Assembly: GCA_965207865.1 (NCBI GenBank)
Contig: CBDBNP010000007.1
Location: forward strand, 399,935-463,934
Direction: 5' to 3'
Length of the DNA: 64,000 bases
From: Dehalococcoidia bacterium
Lineage (GTDB): Bacteria; Chloroflexota; Dehalococcoidia; Lucifugimonadales; UBA3495
The notes beneath the pieces were generated by a model, which was given only the letters and a program-made list of their open reading frames with translations, did not search any database and was not told the origin of the DNA. This document shows positions 8,834-17,297 of the stretch, in pieces. Numbering within the stretch: position 1 is the first letter of the stretch; every line of letters starts with the position of its first letter. The position numbers were made by a program, and so were the translations under genes.

Positions 8834-9712
8834 ATGGACGTTGGATACATCGGCACCGGGACGATGGGGAACCCCATGGCCCAGTGCCTGCTGGACGCCG
8901 GGCACAACGTGACGGTGTACGACGTGCGCCGCGAGGCCACCACAAACCTGTGCGAGCAGGGGGCCCACTGGGCCGACAGTCCGAGGGCTGTCGCCGAGGC
9001 GGCGCCGGTGGTGTTCACATCGTTGCCGGGGCCCACTGAGGCGGAGCGGGTGGTCCTGGATCCTGACACCGGCATTCTCGCCGGACTGCCCAGGGGCGGA
9101 GCCTGGATAGATACCACTACCAATTCCCCGTCGCTGATCCGGCGGCTGGCCGAGGAGTGCCAACGGCGCGGCATCGAGATGCTGGATTCGCCGGTAAGCG
9201 GTCGGCCACCTGCAATGACCATGATGGTCGGAGGCGACCCGGACGTATTCGAAAAGCATAGGCCGGTACTGGAGTGCATGGGCCGCGACGTGTTCTACGT
9301 CGGGGAGACGGCCTCGGGGTGCATTGCCAAGCTGGTCACCCAGTACCTGGGTTACTGCGCCTTCATCGCCGGCGTCGAGGGCATGCTGATCGGTGCCAAG
9401 GCGGGAATAGACCTGGACGTTTTGGCGAAGATCATTCCGGTCAGCGCAGGTTCCAGCGGTGTGCTGAACCGCTCGACCGACGTGATCCTGGACCGCAGCT
9501 TCGCATCCAACGGCACGCTGGACATCGTCGCCAAGGACATTCACCTGGCATGCGAGCTGGCGCGCGAGGTGCTGGCGCCCGCCTCCATCGGAGCCATCGC
9601 TGACGACATGTTCCAGAGGGCGCAGACCCAGGGAATGGGTCAGGATGGATACCCCGCCGTGGCTCGCATTCTCGAGCAGCTGGCCAGCGCCCAACTGAAT
9701 CCAAACGGCTAA
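8834..9712 (+). CDS. NAD(P)-dependent beta-hydroxyacid dehydrogenase (3-hydroxyisobutyrate/6-phosphogluconate dehydrogenase-like)
   Basis: N-terminal Rossmann motif VGYIGTGTMGNPMAQCLLDAGHNVTVYD and ...MLDSPVSG... Confidence 0.85.
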   Translation: MDVGYIGTGTMGNPMAQCLLDAGHNVTVYDVRREATTNLCEQGAHWADSPRAVAEAAPVVFTSLPGPTEAERVVLDPDTGILAGLPRGGAWIDTTTNSPSLIRRLAEECQRRGIEMLDSPVSGRPPAMTMMVGGDPDVFEKHRPVLECMGRDVFYVGETASGCIAKLVTQYLGYCAFIAGVEGMLIGAKAGIDLDVLAKIIPVSAGSSGVLNRSTDVILDRSFASNGTLDIVAKDIHLACELAREVLAPASIGAIADDMFQRAQTQGMGQDGYPAVARILEQLASAQLNPNG

Positions 9713-9750
9713 CCGACACAGGAACATTAGAAATCCAGCGGGAGGAGACG

Positions 9751-11193
9751 ATGCAGAACGGCCATAGCAACGGGAACGGTTCGCTGGCAGGCATGGTGGA
9801 CATGGCCGCCGGAACCGTTAGCCGCGAGATATTCGTCAACGAGGAAATCTACGCCCAGGAGCAGGAGTACCTGTTTGCCCGGGCGTGGCTGTTCGTGGGA
9901 CACGTTTCGCAGATTCCCAAGCCCGGCGACTACTTCGTCTCCTGCATGGGCGAGGAGTCGGTGATCCTCTGCCGGGACAGGGAGGGCGGAGTTCACGTCT
10001 TCCTCAACTCCTGCACTCACCGTGGCATGAAGGTCTGCCGCTACGACGAGGGCAACACCCCAGTCTTCAGCTGCCCCTACCACGGCTGGAGCTTCGCCAC
10101 CGACGGGAAGCTGGTGGGCGTGCCCTACTTCAAGGATGCCTACAAGGGAGAGCTGGACAAGTCGCAGTGGGGTCTCATCGAGGTGCCCCGCCTCCAGGTC
10201 TACAAGGGCACGGTGTGGGCCAACTGGAATGAGCACGCTCCGTCCTTCGAGGAATACCTGGGAGGCTACAAGACCTATCTCGACTTCCTGCTGGACACCT
10301 GGGACGGCGCCGGCGGCGAAACCGAGGTCTTCGGCGGCATTGAAAAGTGGGTGATCCCCTGCAACTGGAAATTCCCGTCGGAGAATTTCATCGGGGACAG
10401 GTACCACAACATCAGCCACCGCTCCGTCGACCTGGTCGGCGCGGGACCCAGCGGCAGCGGGCGGCGGGACACTCAGGAACGGGTCGGGGCCACCGCGCTG
10501 GACTTCTCCTTCCCCGAGCGTGGCCACGGCACCATCAGCTTCCTGCGGCCTGACGACGCGCCAATTGCTGCTTACCAGCACTCCAAGATCGTGTCCGACT
10601 ATTTCGCGCACTGCGAGAACGAGCGGCGCAAGAACTACGGCAAGTGGGCCCGGTTCATTCCGGGTCCCGGTACCGTGTTCCCCAACTTCTCCTACCTGCC
10701 CCGTCAGCCGCGTACCATCGCCGTGTGGCACCCCCGTTCGCCGGAGAGCCACGAGGCCTGGCGCTGGTTCCTGGTGGACAAGAACGCCCCCGCCGAGGTC
10801 AAGGAGTTCCTGCGCAAGTACTACATCAGCTACTCGGGTCCTGCCGGCCTTACCGAGCAGGACGATATGGAAAACTGGAACTACGCGCACAACGCCAGCC
10901 GGGGCTCCATCGCTCGCCGCTATCCCTACAATTACCAGATGGGGATGGGCCACGAGGCGCCGCCCTTCGAAACCGACGGGCTGGAAATGCCAGGGCAGAT
11001 ACGCAACGTCACCCTCGCAAAGGCGGCAGAGCAGAACCAGCGCGGCTTTTACTCTCGCTGGGCCGAGTTCCTGACGGCCCCCAGCTGGGACGAGTTGGCA
11101 TCCTGGCGCAACGGCAATGGACACGCCAATGGCGCCTCCCTGGACAAGTCTGGGATGAGCGGTAGCGGCGCTGCCATCGCGGCAGGAGATTAG
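9751..11193 (+). CDS. Rieske non-heme iron ring-hydroxylating oxygenase, alpha subunit (paralog 2)
   Basis: Same Rieske and Fe motifs (CTHRGMKVC...CPYHGWSF; DRYHNISHRS). It shares a run of more than 50 identical residues with paralog 1. RBS GGGAGGAG. Confidence 0.9.
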   Translation: MQNGHSNGNGSLAGMVDMAAGTVSREIFVNEEIYAQEQEYLFARAWLFVGHVSQIPKPGDYFVSCMGEESVILCRDREGGVHVFLNSCTHRGMKVCRYDEGNTPVFSCPYHGWSFATDGKLVGVPYFKDAYKGELDKSQWGLIEVPRLQVYKGTVWANWNEHAPSFEEYLGGYKTYLDFLLDTWDGAGGETEVFGGIEKWVIPCNWKFPSENFIGDRYHNISHRSVDLVGAGPSGSGRRDTQERVGATALDFSFPERGHGTISFLRPDDAPIAAYQHSKIVSDYFAHCENERRKNYGKWARFIPGPGTVFPNFSYLPRQPRTIAVWHPRSPESHEAWRWFLVDKNAPAEVKEFLRKYYISYSGPAGLTEQDDMENWNYAHNASRGSIARRYPYNYQMGMGHEAPPFETDGLEMPGQIRNVTLAKAAEQNQRGFYSRWAEFLTAPSWDELASWRNGNGHANGASLDKSGMSGSGAAIAAGD

Positions 11194-11195
11194 CC

Positions 11196-11741
11196 ATGAC
11201 TACTGTCGGGGCGAGCGTCGCCCAGATGCTCCTGAAGCACGAGGTGGAGGAATTCCTGTACCACGAGGCGGAGTTGCTGGACGACCGGCGATTTGCCGAG
11301 TGGCTGGAACTCCTGAGCGACGACATCCGGTACTGGATGCCCATGCGTCGCAACGTCAAGTTCGGGGAGCTGGACCGGGAGTTCACCCGCGAAGGCTACG
11401 ACATCAACTGGTTCGACGAGGGCAAGGAGACACTGGAACGTCGGGTGAACCAGATCCTGACCGGCGTGCACTGGGCGGAGGAGCCGCTGTCGCGCATCTG
11501 CCACATGGTCTCCAACGTGCAGGTCCTGGATGCGACACCTTCGGCGGATGACGCTACTGAGGTGTCGACCAAGTGCCGGTTCCTGATCTACCGCAACCGC
11601 GTGGAGACTGAGACTGACTTCCTCATCGGCAAACGCGAAGATGTGCTCCGCCGGGAGGCCAGCGGTTGGAAGATCGCAGAGCGCAAGGTGATTCTGGACC
11701 AGAACGTGCTGCTGGCGAAGAACCTGACGTTTTTCTTCTGA
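11196..11741 (+). CDS. Ring-hydroxylating oxygenase beta subunit (NTF2-like fold)
   Basis: ...VEEFLYHEAELLDDRRFAEWLELLSDDIRYWMP... is typical of the small subunit. It starts 2 nt after the alpha stop. Confidence 0.9.
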   Translation: MTTVGASVAQMLLKHEVEEFLYHEAELLDDRRFAEWLELLSDDIRYWMPMRRNVKFGELDREFTREGYDINWFDEGKETLERRVNQILTGVHWAEEPLSRICHMVSNVQVLDATPSADDATEVSTKCRFLIYRNRVETETDFLIGKREDVLRREASGWKIAERKVILDQNVLLAKNLTFFF

Positions 11742-11877
11742 TTGTCTGGACGGAAATTCATTTTATTTCGGGATTGCCCTGATATTCCAGGCCACCGGCT
11801 TCGGATCCCCCCATTGGGCGCACGGCTGTGTGCCCCTGCACTGCGCACATGGGATTCAGAGTGGCTGACGCCTGGAG

Positions 11878-11924
11878 TTTCACCCCAACCACTTCCTCTC
11901 CCTGATGGGAAGAGGGAGTTAAAT
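11878..11924 (+). repeat. REP-like intergenic element, copy C
   Basis: tttcaccccaaccacttcctctccctgatgggaagagggagttaaat. The hairpin CTTCCTCTCCC-TGAT-GGGAAGAGGGAG has one bulge. Confidence 0.6.
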
Positions 11925-11951
11925 GGAAAGACACAGGTCGGAGTTTGACAG

Positions 11952-12152
11952 ATGGCGGATGTGATCAACCTGATAACCATCGTGGAGGGCGCCACGATCT
12001 CGACCATCCACGGGGCCACCGCTGAGGTGGTTAGCAACCCGAAGGACGGCGTGTGGGTGTTCGCCAAGTACCTCACCTCGCCTGATGACCCGGACCTGGT
12101 GGGGACGGAGGATATGATATTCGCCCAGGACATCGCCGAGGTACTGGCGTAG
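11952..12152 (+). CDS. Hypothetical 66-aa protein, first gene of the MNT-HEPN cassette
   Basis: The ORF ends 3 nt before the MNT-HEPN fusion gene. No family recognised. Weak RBS. Confidence 0.4.
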   Translation: MADVINLITIVEGATISTIHGATAEVVSNPKDGVWVFAKYLTSPDDPDLVGTEDMIFAQDIAEVLA

Positions 12153-12155
12153 CAA

Positions 12156-12938
12156 ATGGTAACTTCGGTTGCGGACATAGGGTCTCAGGCAGTCGTTCAG
12201 GCCATTGGGACCGCCGTGGGACAGGCACTGGGCGCCCAGTGTGTTGTGCTGTTCGGGTCTAGGGCGAGGGGCGACTACAAGGTGCACAGCGATGTGGACC
12301 TGGCCGTTATCCTCCCGGACCCAGAGCCACCCCTCGCGCCGCAGCAGCGCATTGACATGGAGGCCCGTGGCTACGCCGTCGCGCAGTCGGTTAGCGGCAA
12401 CCTGTTCCGACACGTGGACGTCAGGGTCTGGACGGAGTCGAACTACCGGACGGAAAAACGCTCCATTAACCACGTGGCAGGCCGGTCGTGGCGTGAAGGC
12501 AAGGTGTTGTTCGGCTCCCACGAAACACTGCCGGGGGAAGAAACGGTGGCCGAACTGCCCCACGTTAGCGAATTGATCGAAATGGCCAGAGGCCAGCTGG
12601 TAACAACGGGCATTCTCAGAAACCAGGAGATTCGCGAAGAGGACTTCGGGTTCCACGCCGAGAGGGCGACGGAACTGACGCTCAAGGCTTGGATCGCCCT
12701 TTCCGGACATCAATACCAGTTGACCCACTTCCTTCACGTCCTGTTTGAACAGTTGGAAAACGCCGGTGTATCGGACGCCCACCGGTTCAGGGAACTGTCG
12801 AGTCTGACGAATTACGCCGTGGTTTACCAATACCGGAGGATCGATTCGCCGGTAATGGACCGGGAGCGCGTGATTGAAGATGTCCAAGGCCTCGTGGATT
12901 ATGTAACCTCATTGCTTGAACATGCCGAGGCGGAATGA
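12156..12938 (+). CDS. Fused minimal nucleotidyltransferase (MNT) and HEPN domain protein
   Basis: The N-half has the NTase signature LFGSRARGDYKVHSDVDLAV (GS...DxD). The C-half is HEPN-like and helical (FHAERATELTLKAWIALSG...LTHFLHVLF...LTNYAVVYQYRR). Confidence 0.75.
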   Translation: MVTSVADIGSQAVVQAIGTAVGQALGAQCVVLFGSRARGDYKVHSDVDLAVILPDPEPPLAPQQRIDMEARGYAVAQSVSGNLFRHVDVRVWTESNYRTEKRSINHVAGRSWREGKVLFGSHETLPGEETVAELPHVSELIEMARGQLVTTGILRNQEIREEDFGFHAERATELTLKAWIALSGHQYQLTHFLHVLFEQLENAGVSDAHRFRELSSLTNYAVVYQYRRIDSPVMDRERVIEDVQGLVDYVTSLLEHAEAE

Positions 12939-12939
12939 T

Positions 12940-13143
12940 ATGACCGTTAATCAACCTACACACGAGGAGTTGCGGGAGGCTTTTCAGGCTGGATTCGACT
13001 CCATCGACGAGGGCGAAGGGTTTTATCCCGGATTTCAGGAGTTCCTGGAGTACCACGGATTCAGGCTGCGGGAGGACATCCCCTGCACTTGCATGGACCG
13101 GGGGGCGCACGGGCACCAGCCGGAGTGCCGCTGGGTGAAATGA
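12940..13143 (+). CDS. Hypothetical 67-aa protein with a C-terminal Cys/His cluster (CTCMDRGAHGHQPEC)
   Basis: ATG 12940 lies 1 nt after the stop of the fusion gene. No family recognised. Possible metal-binding cluster. Confidence 0.4.
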   Translation: MTVNQPTHEELREAFQAGFDSIDEGEGFYPGFQEFLEYHGFRLREDIPCTCMDRGAHGHQPECRWVK

Positions 13144-13184
13144 TTTGGGAATTTCGAATTCGGCATGTGGAATTTGGAATCAAG
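13144..13184 (+). repeat. GGAAT-rich module (GGGAATTTCGAATTC...GTGGAATTTGGAATC)
   Basis: Three GGAAT pentamers directly after the stop codon. The same motif style occurs at 17256-17297. Confidence 0.45.
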
Positions 13185-13230
13185 ACTGCGGGGGGCCCGG
13201 ACTTTCGCTCTTGGGAGAATGGCAGCTAAC

Positions 13231-13279
13231 GTTTCATCCCCCCTCACCCTAACCCTCTCCCGGAAGGAGAGGGAATTCC
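13231..13279 (+). repeat. REP-like intergenic element, copy D
   Basis: gtttcatcccccctcaccctaaccctctcccggaaggagagggaattcc, with a perfect 8-bp hairpin CCCTCTCC-CGGAA-GGAGAGGG (13253-13273). Confidence 0.6.
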
Positions 13280-13309
13280 GGGCCGAAGTTAAAGGAGCGA
13301 TTGAGGCGT

Positions 13310-14983
13310 ATGACTGAGCGGCTGGACGGCGGCGACGCGATACTGGAGGCGCTGCGGAACCTGGATATCGATTACATCATTTCCTCGCCCGGGTCGGAGT
13401 GGCCGTCGGTCTGGGAGGCGCTGGCGCGGCAGAAAGTGAACGAGCAGCCGGGCCCTGCGTACATCAACTGCTGGCATGAGACCCTTGCGGTGGCGATGGC
13501 CTCGGGATACACCCGGATGACGGGTCGGATGCAGGCCGTGCTGCTGCACGCCGGCGTGGGAGTGCTGCAGGGGTCGATGGGCATACACGGCGCCTACCAG
13601 GGAGAGGTGCCGATGCTGGTCTGTTCCGGCGAGTCGTCGACGTACGGCGAGGTAGCGGAGATGGACCCCGGACCGCAGTGGCTGCGAAACCTCAGCATCG
13701 TGGGGGGGCCCAATCATCTGGTGGAGCCGTTCACCAAGTGGAGCAGCCGGATCACCAGCGCGGCCACGCTCTACGAGACCGTGGCGCGGGCGGGCGAGTT
13801 GGCGCAGCGGACGCCCAAGGGCCCCGCGTTCCTGAACGTGCCCATCGAGACTATGCTGGAGGAGTGGACGCCAAGCCAAACGCTCAAGCACCGCCACGGC
13901 GCCCCGGTGAGTCACCCCGACCCCGTTGCCGTGGCCCGTGTCGCAGACATGCTGTGCAGTGCCGTGAACCCGGTGATCGTGGCCGACTCTGCGGGCAGTA
14001 CTCCCGCTGGGTTCAGCGCGCTGGTGTCGCTGGCCGAATCGCGAGGGATCCCGGTGTTCGAGGGAGAAGGACCGGCGTACAACAATTTCCCCAAGAGCCA
14101 CCCGCTGCACCATGGCTACGACCTGAAGCGGGAGATGGACCGCTTCGACCTGTTCCTGGTCATCGGTAACCGGGCGCCGTGGTACCCGCCCAGTGCCGGG
14201 CCGTCGGCGACGGTGGTGGTCATCGACGAGTACCCCATCAAGGAATACATGGCGCACCAGGACCTGCAGGCCGACGTCTACCTCGAAGGCACTCTCCCAG
14301 TAACCCTGTCGGCGCTTGATTCAGCCGTGAGAGAGCGCAGCGGACAGCCCCCCGCCCTGCCGCCGCACCCCAATCCCGTGTGGGAGCGCTACAGTGCCCT
14401 GGGCCAGGATGCGAATAGCGCATCGCCCATAGATCCAGGATTTCTGTGCAACACAATCAGTGAGACGCTGCCGTCGAACACTGTTTTCGTCGACGAGACT
14501 ATCCTGCACCGGGCGCAGATCCTGCGGCGGATCGGCTGGGACAACCCTCATTCGTACTTGCGGCCATACGGCGGGTTGGGCCAGGGACTCGGGATCTCAC
14601 TAGGAGCGAAATTGGCAGCCCCGGACAGGCCGGTCACCGCGTTAATCGGAGATGGCTCTTTCCTGTACAACCCCATCACCCAGAGCCTGGGCGTGGCGCG
14701 GGAGAGCAGCCTGCCCATAATGATCGTGGTCTTCAACAACGCCAGCTATGCGGCGATGAAGAGCCTGCACCACTCCTTCTACCCCAACGGCACGGCGGTA
14801 GAGACGGGCATCTACCACGGCGTGGACATTCCGGGCCCCGACTACTCGGAGTTAGCCAAACCCTTTGGTGGCCACGGCGAGCGGGTGGAGGACCCGGCCC
14901 GGCTAAAGGGCGCGCTGCAAGAGGCGCAGGCGGCTGTGGACTCCGGACGCGTGGCAATCGTCGACGTGGTGTTGTCAGCCTGA
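13310..14983 (+). CDS. Thiamine-diphosphate-dependent enzyme (acetolactate synthase large subunit / benzoylformate decarboxylase-like family)
   Basis: N-terminal Pyr domain (...SSPGSEW...HETLAVAMASGYTRMTGR...) and C-terminal ThDP motif LIGDGSFLYN...VVFNN. The start is ATG 13310 or TTG 13301. Confidence 0.85.
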   Translation: MTERLDGGDAILEALRNLDIDYIISSPGSEWPSVWEALARQKVNEQPGPAYINCWHETLAVAMASGYTRMTGRMQAVLLHAGVGVLQGSMGIHGAYQGEVPMLVCSGESSTYGEVAEMDPGPQWLRNLSIVGGPNHLVEPFTKWSSRITSAATLYETVARAGELAQRTPKGPAFLNVPIETMLEEWTPSQTLKHRHGAPVSHPDPVAVARVADMLCSAVNPVIVADSAGSTPAGFSALVSLAESRGIPVFEGEGPAYNNFPKSHPLHHGYDLKREMDRFDLFLVIGNRAPWYPPSAGPSATVVVIDEYPIKEYMAHQDLQADVYLEGTLPVTLSALDSAVRERSGQPPALPPHPNPVWERYSALGQDANSASPIDPGFLCNTISETLPSNTVFVDETILHRAQILRRIGWDNPHSYLRPYGGLGQGLGISLGAKLAAPDRPVTALIGDGSFLYNPITQSLGVARESSLPIMIVVFNNASYAAMKSLHHSFYPNGTAVETGIYHGVDIPGPDYSELAKPFGGHGERVEDPARLKGALQEAQAAVDSGRVAIVDVVLSA

Positions 14984-15093
14984 CGATCCGCTAAAGGTGC
15001 TTACACCGAAACCCCGGTCGTCCTTGGACACGTTCAGGATGAGCGGGTTTTCTCTATTGCTGGATTCCCGAACGGATTTCGCTAGCCGCCCAA

Positions 15094-16230
15094 TCAGACG
15101 GCGGAGGCAAACCGATCGGCGCGGAACGACTCCAGAGGTTCAGCGGCCCCATCCAGCAGCCAGCTGACCACAAGCTCTGCGGTGCCGGGGCTCAGTATGA
15201 TGCCTACGGCGTCGTGGCCCGTGGCGACGGTGAGGCCCTCTACCCCTGGGACGGGACCGATGATGGGGCGGCCATCGGGCGTTGCGGGACGCACACCGGC
15301 CCGCCCGCCAACAAAGGCCGCGTCGGCCAGCATGGGAAAGGACATCACCGCCCCGGAAATCAGAGTGGTGACTCCCTCGGCAGTGACGGTCTCGTCCGTA
15401 CGCCCCTCTTCCCGTGTTGAGGCGACCAGCATGTTGCCGTCCAGACGCGGAACAACGTAGACGCTGGAATTCCGCACCGGCGTGCCGGGCATGAATCCGG
15501 GGCGCCGGAGCAGTATGCGTTGACCCTTGACTCCCCGGACGGGCAGGTCCAGCGGCCCGCCGGATGCGGCCCAGCGGCCGCCGATCCCGCTGCCGGGGCC
15601 CGCCGCCAGGACCACCTGCCCTGCCGCAATATGCCCCGCCGTGGTCACAATCCCCGTAACGCGGTCGCCTTCGTGAGTGATTGCGGTAACCTCCGTGCGT
15701 TCGTACAGCCTTGCCCCCAAGCGTCCGGCGGCGTGGGCCAGGGCGTCGCAGAAGCGCTGCCCGCGAATGCACCCCTCCTCCGGGGAGAAGATGGCAGCCA
15801 GGGCCTGAGTGCTGCTATGGGGCTCACGTTCCCGTATTTCAGCCCCGTTCAGCCATTGCACGTCCATCCGGAGTTCCGACTGCCACCGGTGGAATCCGCG
15901 GAGTTCTTCCACCTCGTCTTCGGAAAACGCCAGTCGCAATACTCCATTCTGCTGGAACTCCGGGTTGACTCCCATCTCCGTCAGCGAAGACGCCCACTGT
16001 GGAAAGAGCTCCAGGCTGCGCATCCCCAGCCGAAAGAGGTACCGGTCCTGAGGGTCGAGGTGCCACAGCGGTCCCACCACCCCTGCCGTTGCGCCGGAGG
16101 CGCCGCGGCCGAACTCTCCCTTCTCGACCAGGGCGCAGGACACGCCTCGCTCCGCCAGCTGCCAGGCGATGGCGCAACCCATCACACCTCCGCCAATGAT
16201 TGCCACATCAACCGAGTCATCCATATCCAA
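15094..16230 (-). CDS. FAD-dependent oxidoreductase (DAO family, glycine/D-amino-acid/sarcosine oxidase-like)
   Basis: VDVAIIGGGVMGCAIAWQLAERG dinucleotide-binding motif with DAO-family layout. RBS GGAGGG. Confidence 0.85.
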   Translation of the reverse strand: MDMDDSVDVAIIGGGVMGCAIAWQLAERGVSCALVEKGEFGRGASGATAGVVGPLWHLDPQDRYLFRLGMRSLELFPQWASSLTEMGVNPEFQQNGVLRLAFSEDEVEELRGFHRWQSELRMDVQWLNGAEIREREPHSSTQALAAIFSPEEGCIRGQRFCDALAHAAGRLGARLYERTEVTAITHEGDRVTGIVTTAGHIAAGQVVLAAGPGSGIGGRWAASGGPLDLPVRGVKGQRILLRRPGFMPGTPVRNSSVYVVPRLDGNMLVASTREEGRTDETVTAEGVTTLISGAVMSFPMLADAAFVGGRAGVRPATPDGRPIIGPVPGVEGLTVATGHDAVGIILSPGTAELVVSWLLDGAAEPLESFRADRFASAV

Positions 16231-16331
16231 CGCCCTCCGAAAAGCTTGCGGAAGTGTAGTTTCCCTATCAGAGTACCCTCAACGAACGGGAAAGGAAATG
16301 GAACGACTGCACTGTACGGCGCCACTAATGT

Positions 16332-16420
16332 TGTCTGAATCAGAGTTTACAGGATCCGGGATTTTCAGAATGTTCCACAATCCTGCTCATCCTTTAATTC
16401 TGTAAATCCAGATTCAGACA
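16332..16420. promoter_or_regulatory. Imperfect 21-bp inverted repeat in the AT-rich divergent region between the FAD oxidoreductase and lutA
   Basis: TGTCTGAATCAGAGTTTACAG (16332-16352) versus CTGTAAATCCAGATTCAGACA (16400-16420). The arms match 17/21 as reverse complements and are separated by 47 bp. Confidence 0.3.
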
Positions 16421-16518
16421 AATTGTCGAAAGAAACCGGCGAAATCGACAGTAGCGGCAGCCCCAATCGTTGCCAGTGCATCATCCGTCTGTTAGGCTTT
16501 CGAATTGGGGGTACCGTA

Positions 16519-17256
16519 TTGACACAGGAACCGGAACCGAGAGCGGACCTGTTCGTGACGTGCATCGTGGACCAGCTGTTTCCCGAGGTGGGAGTCAGCG
16601 CGGTGCGGGTGTTGCGGCGGCTCGGGGTGCGCGTGGGATTCCCCGAAGGGCAGACGTGCTGCGGGCAGGCGCTGTACAACTCGGGGTACGTGAGCGAGGC
16701 TCGTGAGCTGGCCCTGAAGACCATGGAGGAGTTTCGCTCCAGTGACTACGTGGTGGTGCCCTCGGGATCGTGCTCGGCCATGATGAAGGTGTTCTACCTG
16801 GACATGTTCGAAGACGAGCCGGAGATGCTGCGGAAGGCGGTGTCTCTGTCGCACCGGGTGTACGAGTTCTCGGAGTTCCTGGTCAAGGTGCTTGGGGTAG
16901 AGGACGCCGGGGTTGAAGCGACCGGAACGGCGGTGTTTCACCAGGGCTGCCACCTGCTAAGAGAGATGGAAGTGCGGGAGGAGCCTAAGGCGCTGCTGGA
17001 GTCGGTGGCCGGGATGGAGCTTCGCGAGCTTCCAAACGCCGAGACATGCTGTGGCTTCGGGGGGAGCTTCTCGGTCAAGCTGCCACACATCTCCGAGGGG
17101 ATGCTGGCGGATAAGGTGGCCAGCGTCAGAGAATCGGGCGCGGACACGCTCGTGTCGTGCGACATGAGCTGCCTGATGCACATCGGGGGCGCGCTACGCC
17201 GGCAGGACCCGGACATCAGAATCCGACACATTGCCCAGGTGCTGGATGGAGAGTGA
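16519..17256 (+). CDS. lutA: Lactate utilization protein A (Fe-S oxidoreductase with CCG domains)
   Basis: DLFVTCIVDQ..., CCGQALYNSG and CCGFGGSFSVK. Start re-picked at TTG 16519, 7 nt after GGGGG, giving a family-typical length of about 245 aa. Confidence 0.8.
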   Translation: MTQEPEPRADLFVTCIVDQLFPEVGVSAVRVLRRLGVRVGFPEGQTCCGQALYNSGYVSEARELALKTMEEFRSSDYVVVPSGSCSAMMKVFYLDMFEDEPEMLRKAVSLSHRVYEFSEFLVKVLGVEDAGVEATGTAVFHQGCHLLREMEVREEPKALLESVAGMELRELPNAETCCGFGGSFSVKLPHISEGMLADKVASVRESGADTLVSCDMSCLMHIGGALRRQDPDIRIRHIAQVLDGE

Positions 17257-17297
17257 GGAATTTGGAATGGGGAATGTGAAATTAGGAATGAGGAATT
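17256..17297 (+). repeat. GGAAT-rich module (five GGAAT in about 40 nt)
   Basis: gaGGAATttGGAATggGGAATgtgaaattaGGAATgaGGAATttc, directly after the lutA stop. Confidence 0.45.
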
